From positions 19,789,657 through 19,853,656 of the forward strand of contig CM119266.1 of the NCBI GenBank assembly GCA_051294375.1: a stretch of 64,000 bases of DNA. Reading direction: 5' to 3'. Positions 26,522 through 39,262 of this stretch are shown here, piece after piece. The notes under the pieces are model-generated. The model searched no databases, was not told where the DNA came from, and saw only the letters and a program-made list of their open reading frames with translations. Every line of letters begins with the position of its first letter. The stretch's first letter is position 1. The stretch comes from Paraspadella gotoi. Lineage: Eukaryota > Animalia > Chaetognatha. The position numbers were made by a program, and so were the translations under genes.

Positions 26522-28598
26522 ATGGCGCAATTAATTCCGGGGACGATATTCAAAACTCCGGGGTTCAGCAAACGCGAACTTCCTTACGGATTCGGCGTTT
26601 CTGCCGAGGAGATCATTCAAAAAAACTACAAGGACAACGCTAACCTGGGATTCGTCAGGCTTATGGTGAGAGGTTTTCTTCTAAAAAAGTAATTGTGAAA
26701 TAACATATTAGACAATAGACATATAAACACATATTTTAACAATAATAAGTATAGCTACGGGAAGATTACCTGCCATTCCCTGATGCGTGGGGGCTGCGGA
26801 CCATCAGTGACCGCCTGCTGTCACCCGTCCAGTTACATTTAAACCAGCCCGCTTAGTCATTGATACGAGGCTAGTTTATTACCTCGGCCTAGGGCTAGGC
26901 TTAACTTGGTTTAGCTTCCCCATCAATGAAGTAATACGTATAATATTCCGCCCTAGCATAAGATTACAAGGAGCTTACTGTTGTGAAGTTATATAATTTA
27001 TGTTATGTAATTTATTTATATACGTAATTATAAGTATTTTATACCTATGTAATTTGAGTTAAGATATAAATTTAATTTAAGATTTAATCTCCAGGACAGT
27101 CCCGCGTCGAGCGTCTACGACGCGAAGAATTCAACGACTTCCTTGCTTCTGCTGAATCAAAGGAAAGCCGAGATGGAGAAAGAGTGCAGACTGAGAGGTT
27201 GGTCTCCATGAACATTCGCCCTTTCCTTTTATTCAACTCAGTTTTTATTATACATTATCGTCATCAATTGGGGCCAGAGTGCCCCGTTTAATTCGAAATT
27301 CAGAATTAATTTTTTTGGGTCAATTTTATTTTCTTTGTTTGGGGTTATGGGGGTTTAAGATTAAGGATGGTTAGGGTTAAATTAAGATAAAATTTTAAAA
27401 TTAAGATTAAGTTTAGGTAATAAGAAATATGAGACGCTGTTAGAAATGTGAGTCGAAGAACAATCATATAGCTTCCCTTTTTTTCAGGGATGACGCCGCG
27501 GAGTGTGAAACCGGAATTGCCGATCTTGCGTCACGTGATTCCATCAACTGAGGGGGAAGAAGAGGAAGAGGACGAGGAGAAAAATGGGCGAGGAGGGGAA
27601 AGAAGGAAGCGAGACTTAGAAGTGGATTGGGTCTGGGTTTTAAAACTATATCCTGGTAAGTTCAAAAACAAGAACGGTCCTTCCATTGAGTTGCATCGCA
27701 GAAACTTTTTCATATATGTATTTAAGAGTGATCAAGTGATTACATAATTATAAAATTTATGTGTAACAACCATTCATTGGTCGATGACTTATCTGCAAAG
27801 TTTCAACTACAACAACCAAATTTTATGCCAAATATGAGTCATTTACTTTGTGATCACGTGACCGTAGTTTTGCATAGTTACGCGATTACATAAATATGAA
27901 CTATATGCAAGATGCACAACAATCATCAACAGACACTTTACTAGTCTGCCAACTTCCAAGTATTAATTAAAATAACTCAATATTTCATGAATTTTGTGGC
28001 ATTAAATTTTAGCGAATTGTCCCGCATTGACATTTGATCACGTGACTGCATTTTCATAGTTCACCAAACTACAAAAATATAAAACATCAGCATCGAATGT
28101 GCTCGTGGGAATACCACATACATTCGTATTAACCTTTCCACAGATCCAGACCGCCACTTTCGTCCACCGTCGACGCCTCAATTCCACAGCAATTGTTGGC
28201 CTCTGGAGTCCCGCCCAGCTTCGGTCGCGACTTCGGGGCGCTTCCTTCCTGCGAGCCCCGCCGCCGTCAGCGTCGACGAGGTCGACGTTCGCCCCCAAAC
28301 CGAGACCCGCGCCAAGTCGGCCTCTGGGCGCCGCGGCGCCGCCGGGTCGACCTCCTCCTCATCCTCCCGTCTTCCCTCCATATCGTCGGCATCGTCTTCC
28401 AGACGCGGGAAGTCGGCGCCGCCTCCGGAAACGCTGGCTCCGTCTCCGGCTTACCATCTGGAAGTCGCTTCGCTGATTTACGAGATGGGGCAAATGCAAC
28501 AACTGAGATCGATTCAAGACGAAAAGACGAAGATGCAGAGAAAAATCCCTAACTTGCGATTAGTGAATGGAGCACATCCGAAGAGTCCGAAACGATGA
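26522..28598 (+). CDS. Uncharacterised protein (~289 aa), Ser/Pro/Arg-rich and largely disordered
   Basis: Phase-consistent exons 26522-26665, 27095-27197, 27488-27655, 28144-28598 (870 nt): MAQLIPGTIFKTPGFSKRELPYGFG...DWVWVLKLYPDPDRHFRPPSTPQF...HPKSPKR*. No domain recognised. Confidence 0.72.
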
Positions 28599-30464
28599 CG
28601 ATTCACAACGGACTCATTGGGAATACGATTGAAAGGACAAGATAATGGAGTCATTTAATCAGAGAATTTATGTACGATTATTATTTTATCAAGATTAGAT
28701 TTATGAATAATTCCTTCACAATCTGGCTCAAAGAATTTGAAAAACACTAAATATTTATGACATTTTTGAACTTTTTATCAGTTTTATGTTGTTTTTAAAA
28801 TTGTATTGAAACGATAGAATTTAATTTTTGGCAAATCTGCTCGACCTGGGATATACCATATATATACCATATACCAAAGAGGCATTCTTGGGGACAACTA
28901 TGGGAGCCTCATTAAAAGCGTTTTTAATGGCCTTAGCTTAGTTACCCCTAAATGCTTCCCCTAGAGGAATCTGTGGCACGTGGGTATTCCTGAATTCAGG
29001 CTGAAAGAAAGAAAATAAAATCGCAGGCGGAATCATTTGATGGAATTATTCAGAAATTCTAATGGTCGCTGAAAAAATATATCTCTCTATTTAAACTAGG
29101 CTCATTATTTGGAAGTATTTATTGGTTTTCTTTATAAATGTAAACCAAAGTTTTTCTCTCTTTCACTCTCTATCAAAATGAATGGCACATTGTACAATTA
29201 GGCAATTAAATTTTATTCGCATTTCTGATTTCAATAAATCTAATAATCTCATTTCGTTCCCTAATTTTTATTTCGACCACCTCCAATTGATGGATTCCAT
29301 ATTTAAGTGGTGGGATTCCACAGAGGAGTAATGGCTGAAAATAAAATAATTACAATCGTTACCTGTAGCGACTTTATGGGTACCGGAGAATCAACCCTCG
29401 GATCGCCGCCTGCAACGCAGGATCTGCGTCAATATGCTACATCATCTTTGGATTAAAAGCCAGTCTTTGGATAAATAATATTATAATAAATAATATTAAA
29501 TATTGTTTATTAGTTGATAAGTTGATTCGATCAAGAGATTGAAAAACAAAGTCTTAATTAATCAGACTTAAGGTCAGGTTCAATCAGTCAAAATATCTTG
29601 TCATTTGAAGTTGACCAAATGAAAAGTAGAGAGGCGTAGCAAATTATTTTTTTTAAAGGAATATTTTCAATCTCATATAACGAACATAATTTAGTCGATT
29701 GTTTTTGTTTTTTTAATCGGAAATTATATTGGGATTTTATCGGATGGGTCGCTGGCAGCCAAAACGAAGCGAATGATGACAAAAGATCATTGCTTTTCCA
29801 AACGTTTTTTCTATAGAAATATCATATTCTACAGTCAAGTAACAAACGACGTTATAGAACATTGTTAAAAACATTCCTACCAACGGTTGTACTCGATTGG
29901 GCGTCATTAGAAACGGATGTTACAAGCGAATATATCAAGCGTTATATCTTAATATTTTAATAGGAAAATTGAAACCGTAATAGTTTTAATAAATATAGAA
30001 AACAACAACTTCGACCGAAAACGGTTGACAAACAAGAACGCTTCAAAGATGCACGCAACAAAAATAGTATTTAGAAAGTTTGACATTGTGGAGGACGGTC
30101 GAGGACAACTTTTTTTATATTACATATTAGTCCACTGATTCTTTTTATCACTCCTCTGTGATACTCACGCTTTTCATTACTGAATACAAATTCATTTCTT
30201 TCCTTGTTCATATCGTTAACTCCACAATTTGTTTTCGCGTCTCCTCGATGATAAAATAGATTAATTTTTTTTTTGCAATACCATTTTGTAGTTTTGAATA
30301 AGAATAAACCGAAAAAAAAATTCAGAATTCGACTCATGAAATTATCGAAAAAAGTATTTCTAGTCAATTAACGAGAAGCAAAACCATAACCTCGCATTTT
30401 GACTGGAGACGCTCTTTGATGTTTACACGCCTGTCTGTTTTTGAAAAAAATAAATATTTTCCCA

Positions 30465-33400
30465 ATGGGCAAAGGCAACACAGCAAAAGGCGGACAGTCC
30501 ACTACTAAAAAAGCCTTAATAAAAGGTGTTCCGCCTGGAATCAAGGTTACTACGAAAAACGCCAGGTAAAAATCAATGATTTAAAAAAAAAAATGTTGAA
30601 ATGATTCCGCGAGAGATCCGTTCCAGTGGATTGCTAACTACGATTCCTGAGCATGGCGGCTCATCTGGAGGACGAGGATCTTCGGGGCGTCCTCAAGGGG
30701 AAGAACTCCTCAAGGATCCTATGGCGGCTTTATTTGGAACTGTCACTGTTCAGGTAGAAGGATATGTATTACTTATTCGGACACCAGTTCTTCGGTTATT
30801 TGACAAGAGGTAAAGAAAAAATACGGCGAGAAAAGAAAAAAGAAAAAGCTATGAAGAAAATATTAGTATGACAGTATCTATAATAAATAATAATAAATAA
30901 ATATGATAAAAAAATATTAAATACATATATTGATATAAATAGTATGATAATGATGTAGTAGGAGGTCCAGCTCTTCAGGGACTAACTTCAACTGCTTTCA
31001 GAACAAAAACGGTTTATGATAAAAGAACAAAGAGGAATATATATATAATATATAATAATATATATGTATATATATCTGAAAACTGGACTAATTTTTTTAT
31101 CGATCGATGTCAAAAATGTCTGAAAAATGAAATGGCAACTCCTGCAATTTATATTTTTTGAATAACAAGTCATAATTTTTTGCGCCGTTCCTTTACAAAT
31201 TTTTGGGAAGTTTTAACGAAACTCAAGATTTAGGATGATTAGTAATCATTGATTACTCATGCATGACTTTTGACCGCGCAGTTTTTCTGGCTGCAATTCC
31301 TTTGATAAATGAAATTGATGATGAATGGATGATAAATGAACAAGAAAGAACATGAATGACATAATGAGTATGATTAAATAAAAAAATAAAAAAAATATCC
31401 ATCTATCCATTCAGTTAATCAGAACAAATTTCTGATTAAATCAATAAAAAAAATCATTCGATCGACCGATCAGTCAATCAATTAATAACCGCTAAATTAA
31501 ATCCAGCATCGTTTGTTATAAAATATTCAGTTAAATGAGAAGAGGTCCAACGGGGTCTATAAAAGCAAAGAAATATAATGATAGAAATTATAATTTTGTG
31601 GTCGAGCCGTCTCAATAAAAACAATATAGCCCCCAATTTTAGCGATCTTTTTTTTTTGCAGGAACCCGAAGAAGTCATCGTTCACAAAGTAAAGAAAGCT
31701 AAAAAACCGAAATTAACGAAAGAGGAAAAGGGTAAGGAAAAGTAAGAAAGGAGGGGGCGTCATTCTTAGTCTTTACGATGGCCCTTTTGCCCGTTTCGAT
31801 GCAGAGTTTTTAAAGCTGGAGCACTCGACGAACTCCTTCATGAACTCTGGCGAGTCCTACAACACCTTCATCGAAAGGATCGACAATTGGCTCCTCAAAA
31901 ATTACCGTCGCGTCGTCAAACTCTTTACGGAGTACGATATCGACGGCGATGGAGAACTTTCTTACGAAGGTCGGCTTAATACCTTAGTGAGATATCGTGG
32001 CAATATGAATAATTAACATAACATTTTTTTTTTCGGCCCCTTCGAAGTCCTAGTCGACGAGCAAATTGATTTATGAAATTTGCCAGAACTTTTAATCTTA
32101 ATAAATTTATGATTAGAATTATTTGAATTTATAAAGTAAAATATTCATTATGAAGAATTTACTTTACAAAGTCGTATAGCATAATCGCTCAAATAGACTA
32201 TCGTTCAATTCCTGAGAGGTTAAAATTGCATCGACAGACGGTCACCAAACGAAAAAAAAAAAATCTCTGTTCCGCCCAATATTTAAACGGAATCTGTCAC
32301 TATGAACAGACTTCAACTTTGATTGAAGGATTGAAGTGACCGAAAGGAGAGACCGTCCGTGCAAAGTGGGTCAGGGACATTTTTTCCGTCAGTTGCCCTG
32401 CTTTCCGGAACTCCTGATACGGCGGTAGGTATGATGACGGTGGTTTTACCAACCCGAAGGACTGTTCCAACCAGGGGTATAAGCCGGGAACATTGGGTTC
32501 GGAGCTGAAGGGTGAGCCCAGTGCGCTATTACGGCGGTGATGGAAGGAACAGTCGGATCCAACTACATCGCTACTGGATGACCCGAGGCACAGATAAATT
32601 TTAAAGCTAATTTAAAAGAATTGAAAATGAAATTCCCAGAATTTCTTTTTTTTAACGTTGTTTTTTAACGTTTTTTTAACGTCGTTGGCATGCTTGACTT
32701 AAAAATTATTCGTCATACTATTGTTTAATTAGAAAACCCAGAAACTTTGTTTGGTAGCAATTTTGTAGAATTAATGTCTTCGTATTTTAATTTTTTACCT
32801 CAGAATTTAAACTTGGCATGGCCGACGTCGGAGCTCCCTGCAACCAAATAGAACTTCACGCTCTCTGCAAGCTCATTGACGCAGACGGTGATGGTACCAT
32901 TGACATTAGTGAATTTCAGGTACAATTAAGTAATATTCTCTCGTATCAATTGCCAATAATTGTTCCAATTTGAAAAAAAAAATTCTTAAACAAGATAAAA
33001 TAAAATAAAAATATATTGGTTGTACCAATTTCATAATATAATTTTATATTGGTTGTACCAATTTCATAAAATTCAGCTCCTTGTATTTTGATGCTAGTGC
33101 GGAGTACAATATAGTATTCCCCGATCTAATACTTAAGGGAGTGGTGTTTTCATACAATTGAAACATTCTTTGAAATATTATACCACTTCATTGATAGGGA
33201 AGCCAGGTTCACTGGGAGTGAATAAATGAGACTGTGAAAGAGTTTTGATTGAAAGCTTGCAGAAACCTGCTATGTTATTATCTTGTAAGTGTGATGGAGG
33301 CCTTAAACCACCAAAGCCTGTCCAAAGTCAGGGACAAGATAGCTTATTTATTAAATGAATGGATAATTTTTATATTGGTTGTTCCAATTTCATAATTTTT

Positions 33401-36400
33401 TTTATAGAACAAATGCAAAATTACTCGGGGTACGAGAAAAGAAGACGGATTTTAATTATTATATTTTTGTTTCTAAACTGTTTAAATAATGAAACATGAT
33501 TTTTATTTTTTCCATTTAAACTCATTTACACTGGGACGATTCCATCGAAACTTAATTACTTGCTCAATCACACCCTTTTCCCCACAGACAGACGGACATG
33601 CATTATTTTTTATCAATAATTTATTATAAATCAATTTTCTGAAATGATCCTAATGATTTTCCGACAAGATTTTGGGTTGGGACACTCACTATCCTCTCGC
33701 TACCATCTGTCATCTATCAGTGTTTTAATCTTTTTACCTTATTAATTTACTAATTTCTAATTAATTTTTTGCCATTGGTTTTACCGTCTGTTTGCATTTT
33801 GTACTTTGCGTATCTTTTCTTTTTGCAAGTATGTAATAAAAAAATCTATCATTAAAGAAATAGACTGTCTGAGTCTACGGGGCTCAGGGTATAGCGGTAT
33901 TGTGGTATTGGGGGTATTGCTGCAACAGTGCAACTCTATCTCTCTTTCTCTTTCATTTTTTTTCGCTCAAAGTTAAAAAAGATTTAATATATAAAAAGTT
34001 TAATACCATTATGACATTTAACACATTTTTTTTTTCAAATTGAAACTCTAAATGACATTTGGTACAGACAAGAAAAAAAATAAAGGCGTAGGTACTAAAC
34101 GGGGCACCGTGATTGCATCGTAATGGTAAAATAAATATTATGAATATTGAATAAGCAACAAGATCTCGAGTTCGATAAAAATAACAAGTTTGAGCTAACA
34201 ATGCCGGATCTTCCCGAGATAATTTAGCGGCAAGAAGCTAGTGAATCAGATAGATAAATCTTACATTATCTTTTTATTCGGTTAATCTATGAAAATAGCA
34301 AAATTACTAAAGTTAAATTACTAAAGTTTTTTCTCATTTTAAATTTTTAAATTTTTTTTGTTCGTTAGGTTGTATAAAGTTAAAATAGTTTCTATATTTG
34401 GTTGCTGTATGAATTTTGTTGTTGTGGTGCAAATATACTTTATAGTAATTCATTGATGCGATGATGGTCAATCATTGATGCAATGATAATATTATTATAT
34501 ATTATTATTTATTCCATGATGTTTATCAATTAAAGCGATGAAAGTAATTCAATGATTGGATGATAGTCATTCATTGATAAGATGATAGTCATTTATTGAT
34601 AAGATTATAGTCATTCATTAATTCGATGATAGTCATGCATAGAATTAGAAGCGATCACAATCCTTCATTAATGCGATGATAAAGATTTATGGTTATGATA
34701 AAGATTTTTCGATGCAATTTTAAGGATTTATTAATGAAACGATGAAGATCTATCTCAAGTTATTCGATCATTGATGTGTTGATAATCGATCTTAAATGAT
34801 ATGATCAACCCCCCAATCAATCATTTTATCTGAGTAAGAGAGACTTTAAAATTAAAAAAAGTTCAAGTAAATATGACCTTGTTTTTTTTCATTTCAACTC
34901 TTTTCTACTCGCACACTTTCTAACCCGCACTCAAAATTTTGTCTCAAGCCATCCATCCAATCATAAATAATTGGAATTATTAATAAATAACAATAAAACA
35001 ATTCAAGTAAATAGGACTTCTGTGTTTCCTTTTAAACTCTTCACCTTGCACGATTCCATCAAAACTTTATATCCAGATTATTCACATACTGTCTTACACA
35101 TATACAAAATTTTATTTCAATACCATAACGAGCAATTGGAGTTTAAAGCTAAGGAGGGACGGACTTACCGACAGACCGATGGACTCATGGACCGACCGAC
35201 CGACTTAATTTTTTTGGCATAATTTATTTGATATGCTAAAATGATTTTAAGTGACTGACCGACCCAACTATAGGGGGCGACCGATAAACTGACAAAGTGA
35301 ATTATAGAGCCTGAATCTGCGATAAGCAGATCCGGCTAAAAATAATTTTGCCAATACGATAATATCATTTACTAAATGATTTAGGAGTTTTGTGTTTAGT
35401 CTCAATGTTTTTGGACTCTTGAATGATGATCTATATTATTTGGTTTCGTATCTCATTGTCTTTTTGTTTTTTCAGCGCGAGTTTGAGGTCAGTAACTCGT
35501 TCATGTTTAGGATCCACCAGAAACTCTTAAAGCTTGAAGTAAATAAAAATGCTTTTATTGAATATTGAAAACTTTAAACTTTAATGCGCCTGTAATTGAA
35601 AAATAAAATTTTGTTCTTTTATACAATTAAAACATTATACATTATACAACTTCATTGATGGGGAGGCCAGGAACTCTATGAGTAAATAAACTAGACTTTG
35701 CGAGAGTCTTGATTGAAAGCTTGAAATCTTGTAAGAGTATTTAAAATTTAAAATTCATAAAAATATTTTTCAAATATTTTTGACAAATTGTTAAATATTT
35801 AAATGCTTCAGTGTGCCAATACAATATAAAAAGTATTGAAGAGACAGTAATTATTGATAAGTGTTAATGACAGAACCGTTCAATATAAGCAGTCCCTGAG
35901 CTTCGGATCAGGATGTAACACCATGTTACAGGCGGGTTAAGCGCCCCGTCCCTCTTAACTGCTAGGCGGCCACCGGGTTAGAACCCCAGACCTTTGGGTT
36001 GGGAGGCGAATGACTTGCCTCCGGCACCAATGGCCGCTGATGAACGGTTGGTGGATTTTAGTCCACCATAGTATGTAGGATTAATCGTAGGAGTAGTAGA
36101 CATCGATTTCGCTATGTAAGGAAAAAAGAATTGATTACAATTCAGTCACGCTTTATTGTAAGAGTAAATGAAAGCCTTATCCCACCATAGCAGCTTATTT
36201 ATAAAATAAATGGATAATTTTTATAATAGTTGTACCAATTTCATATTGATTGTACGAATTTCATTGCAAAATATAAATGATTTAGGTTATTTGAATTTCG
36301 GGGTCTAGTCTAAGTTAAATTTAAAATATGACTACTATCACCCAGCTGCAGCGAAGGGTGAGTCATTGATGAACGTCAGATCAAGTTTACATAACATAAA

Positions 36401-38139
36401 TGAATTTTTAAAAAATCACGTCTGCACGTATCGATGTCTTTTTCTGTTCTGAAAAGTTTTTCGATAATCATTGAGTTACTAATTCTTACATTCTAAAAAA
36501 TTACAAACCTCTCAAGTTATACCACCTTATAAAAAATCACCTAGCGCTTTTTTAAATGAGTTAACTCAGCTTTTTCTCTTGCGATAATTAATGATTCATA
36601 ATTAATCGATTGATAAAAACTATATTCATCGTTTGTTCAGAACGGGATTCAATATAAAAGTCGTCAAGGGTCATTCGAAGATGGAGACGAAGGAATGAAC
36701 ATCCGGTTAACGATCACTAAAGAATCTCTCACCCCTTGCCCTAAATGCGGAATGGGATTATGGAAGCCAAAGGTGATTCTATTTATAATCGCACAATCAT
36801 TTCGTACAGGGTTGGGACCCAAAACTTAAAAATAGATTCATTAGATTTTTATAGCAAATAATTATTACGAAGATGGAGGTGAATCTTTTAGAAATGTTCA
36901 GAGAGAATCAGCTTTTATTCTTTTGGGCACTTCGTTAAGATGTTTGTTACTTTGCGATTTCAGATTCAGCATTGTATAAAAAAACGGTGGATTTATTTTA
37001 CGTAGGTGAACCACAATCCGTCCTTTGTTCGGCTCCATGTACACCTCTTAACCTTTACTGCTCTTCGGAAGAAGCAGCGGCTTAACCTTCACGGCTCCTT
37101 TATTCATATAGTTGACGCAAACACACTTCTCAAGGGGGTCGTCATGCTTATCGCTGAAAAAACTGGTGAGGATTTCATAAGTGGTTTTTGCATAAAGATG
37201 TGGGCCAAAAGTTCTTAACTTTTAAACGTCCAACATCAAAAAATTATACTATCAATTTTTATTTCCTTTTGACGAAATTAAATAAAAATTGTTTCTGTAA
37301 AGTAACGAGAGTAGATCAAGAGAAAACGAATCAAAAATAAAAATTTAAAAAAAAAAAAAAACCGCAAAAAAATCCATTTGCCAACGTACAAAAAAGAATA
37401 CGTGTATAAATATATATAAATATAAATATATAAATTGTTTTTTTCTGAAATAAAAGAAACAATCTGACAGTTAAATCGATAAAACGATAAAAGAACTGGA
37501 ACTTCGGATCTGGCAGTAAACTTGCTATCGGTAATTCAACCGGCCCGTCATTTTTCCAAGGACTGTTCCGACCAGGGATAGAACCCGTGACCATTGGGTT
37601 CGAAAGTTAGCGTTAGCTCAGTGCAGTATTACGGCGCTGATGGAAAGAACAGTCGTATCACTACATTATTATATTATAATTCGTTCATTCTCCAGTGGCC
37701 TTTGACTTGGCAGAAATTTCATAGGAATTCTATAAATTATTTAGGCATCACGTCACGCTCGTTCGAACTCTACCGCAATCCTCGCAAAACAGCCGATTCT
37801 AAACTCACCTTTGATATGAGTCTTGTTGACTGTGGATGGCGAGGTCAGTGAGACTGGCTTCTTTATGTAGGCTTCCACTCTTATTTGGGTTTTGAAGTTT
37901 TGAAGTTTTACTGGTTATTGCTGTTGAAACTTTAAAAATTTTAATCTTTAAAACTTTTATCTCAAGGACTTGAAATGAACTATGTATTTTTTTTGGGATC
38001 AATTTCACGGTTAGGAGGACCACGACTTCAGCCCGAAGACGTAAACCTGTACTACGACTACGCCATTGAAGGAATTGATTGTCCGTTACTTCTTTGCCAA
38101 AGCGACGACCAAACTATGATGCATCTCATTAAATCCTAA
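30465..38139 (+). CDS. EF-hand-pair calcium-binding protein with CxxC motif and unassigned C-terminal domain (~364 aa)
   Basis: Exons 30465-30565, 30627-30753, 31662-31731, 31805-31969, 32804-32919, 36641-36772, 37006-37165, 37745-37843, 38015-38139 (1095 nt). Canonical EF loops DIDGDGELSYEE and DADGDGTIDISE, CPKCG, and C-terminus GGPRLQPEDVNLYYDYAIEGIDCPLLLC. Confidence 0.85.
30958..31320 (+). mobile_element. DNA-transposon-derived repeat, family D
   Basis: GGAGGTCCAGCTCTTCAGGGACTAACTT nearly matches 61470-61498, and the body matches the reverse complement of ~61680-61935. Confidence 0.55.
32370..32590 (-). mobile_element. tRNA-derived SINE family E copy
   Basis: Minus strand CTGTTCCTTCCATCACCGCCGTAATAGCGCACTGGGCT...CCGAACCCAATG...GGTTGGAACAGTCC is shared with 37540-37660 and 48615-48670. 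Confidence 0.6.
33012..33395 (+). mobile_element. Longest copy of dispersed repeat family A, preceded by two tandem copies of its own end motif
   Basis: Colinear with 49770-50075 (-) and 13821-14060 (-). Fragments at ~7080, 24630, 24980, 35620, 36150, 38180, 43790, 51625 and 55610. Confidence 0.75.
34445..34810. repeat. Degenerate ~22-bp minisatellite (GATGATAGTCATTCATTGATAA-like)
   Basis: Clear units at 34560-34640 that decay outward. Confidence 0.7.
34835..35341 (-). mobile_element. HINE-like element, family C
   Basis: Colinear with 15135-15648; ends GAATCTGCGATAAGCAGATCCGGCTAAAA. Confidence 0.65.
35834..36076 (-). mobile_element. tRNA-derived SINE, copy 2 of the near-identical pair
   Basis: Near-identical to 2295-2538. 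Confidence 0.7.
37495..37665 (-). mobile_element. SINE family E copy
   Basis: GGACTGTTCCGACCAGGGATAGAACCCG...ATTGGGTTCG...TATTACGGCGCTGATGGAAAGAACAGTCG parallels 32459-32556. Confidence 0.6.
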
Positions 38140-38402
38140 AGTATTCGCACATTATTACTTGATTATATCCAGATATCTGTAATATCTTGTAAGATGGATG
38201 AAGGCCTTTACCCACCAACGCCTGTCCAAAGTCAGGGGCAAGATAGCTTATTTATTGAATGAATGGATAATTTTTATATTGGTTGTACCCATTTCATAAA
38301 AGGCAGTAGAGAGTATTTAAGTTTAAAAGAGATTAATGAACAACATTTTATTTTGTAATATTTTTCACGTGATAATCCTTTTTTTTCGTTGTTGTTTAAT
38401 AT

Positions 38403-38705
38403 TTAGAGAAAACAAAGCGTTTTTGAATTTATGACAACGATTTATTTTAATATACGGACATGTTTCGACTCTTTGGGTTCAAATCTCCAATTTTCACAAA
38501 CAATTATTTATTAATCTTTGTTATTATTTTAGTTTATTTCTTTTTCACTGTTGTACATTAGAAAATGTATTCATTTTTTGTCTCTCTCTCTTTCTCTCTC
38601 TCTCTCTCTTTTCACCAAATTTCACATTTACTTACTCTCCTTCCCTTCCCTCACTTTCACCTGTCCTCACATCTGACCACTGTCCTTTACTCAATTCTTT
38701 GTTGG

Positions 38706-38803
<98 letters not shown>

Positions 38804-38955
38804 CTTCTCTCTCTCTCTCTCCAAAGTGAATGAAAACAACTGAAAAGTTTGTGAATTTCAAATGCTGATGAAGACTCGAACCCAAAGAGTCGAAACATGT
38901 CCGTCTATTAAAATAAATCATTGTCATAAATTCAAAAACGCTTTGTTTTCTCTAA
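38403..38955. mobile_element. Hammerhead-bearing inverted-repeat element (Penelope pLTR-like) around a (CT)n tract
   Basis: 78-bp arms 38403-38480 and 38878-38955 with 2 mismatches; (CT)n at ~38709-38821 lies between them. Confidence 0.75.
38862..38904 (+). ncRNA. Minimal type I hammerhead ribozyme motif
   Basis: AUG-CUGAUGA-A-GACUC-gaacccaaa-GAGUC-GAAAC-AU-GUC^-CGU. Intact core, 5-bp stem II, 3-bp stem I with one G-U pair. Confidence 0.8.
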
Positions 38956-38959
38956 GTAA

Positions 38960-39262
38960 TATTTTTCAAAAACGCCCCATTTCGGTTTCTTATTCCCTGA
39001 ACTAATTTTAACTATAACATCTTACCTAAATCCTTTATTAAAGTTTTAATCTTTAATCTTGAACCTAATTCCAAACCTTAATCTTTAAGCCTAATCCAAA
39101 ACCGGATCCCTAATCTTAATCATTAATCTTAAACCCTAACCAATAACCATATCTTTAACCTAACCCTTAATACTTATATATACCTAATCTAAAACCCTTA
39201 ACGTAATCCTTAACCCAAATAATTTTAAACATAAGCAGAATGGGGTGCTTTTGCTAAATATG
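38960..39262. repeat. Degenerate (CCCTAA)n-like tract within weak inverted ends
   Basis: CCTAAT/CCTTAA/CCCTAAC units flanked by TTTTCAAAAACGCCCCATTT and AATGGGGTGCTTTTGCTAAA. Confidence 0.55.

Noticed and set aside
27595-27660. RRKR furin site suggesting a TGF-beta or neuropeptide precursor
   Set aside because: No signal peptide and no cystine-knot cysteines downstream.
38565-38927. ORFs with poly-(SL) or poly-(ER), also at 45.8-47.6, 52.0, 53.2 and 56.2-57.1 kb
   Set aside because: Translations of (CT)n, (GA)n and (CTTT)n microsatellites; one ORF spans the N gap.
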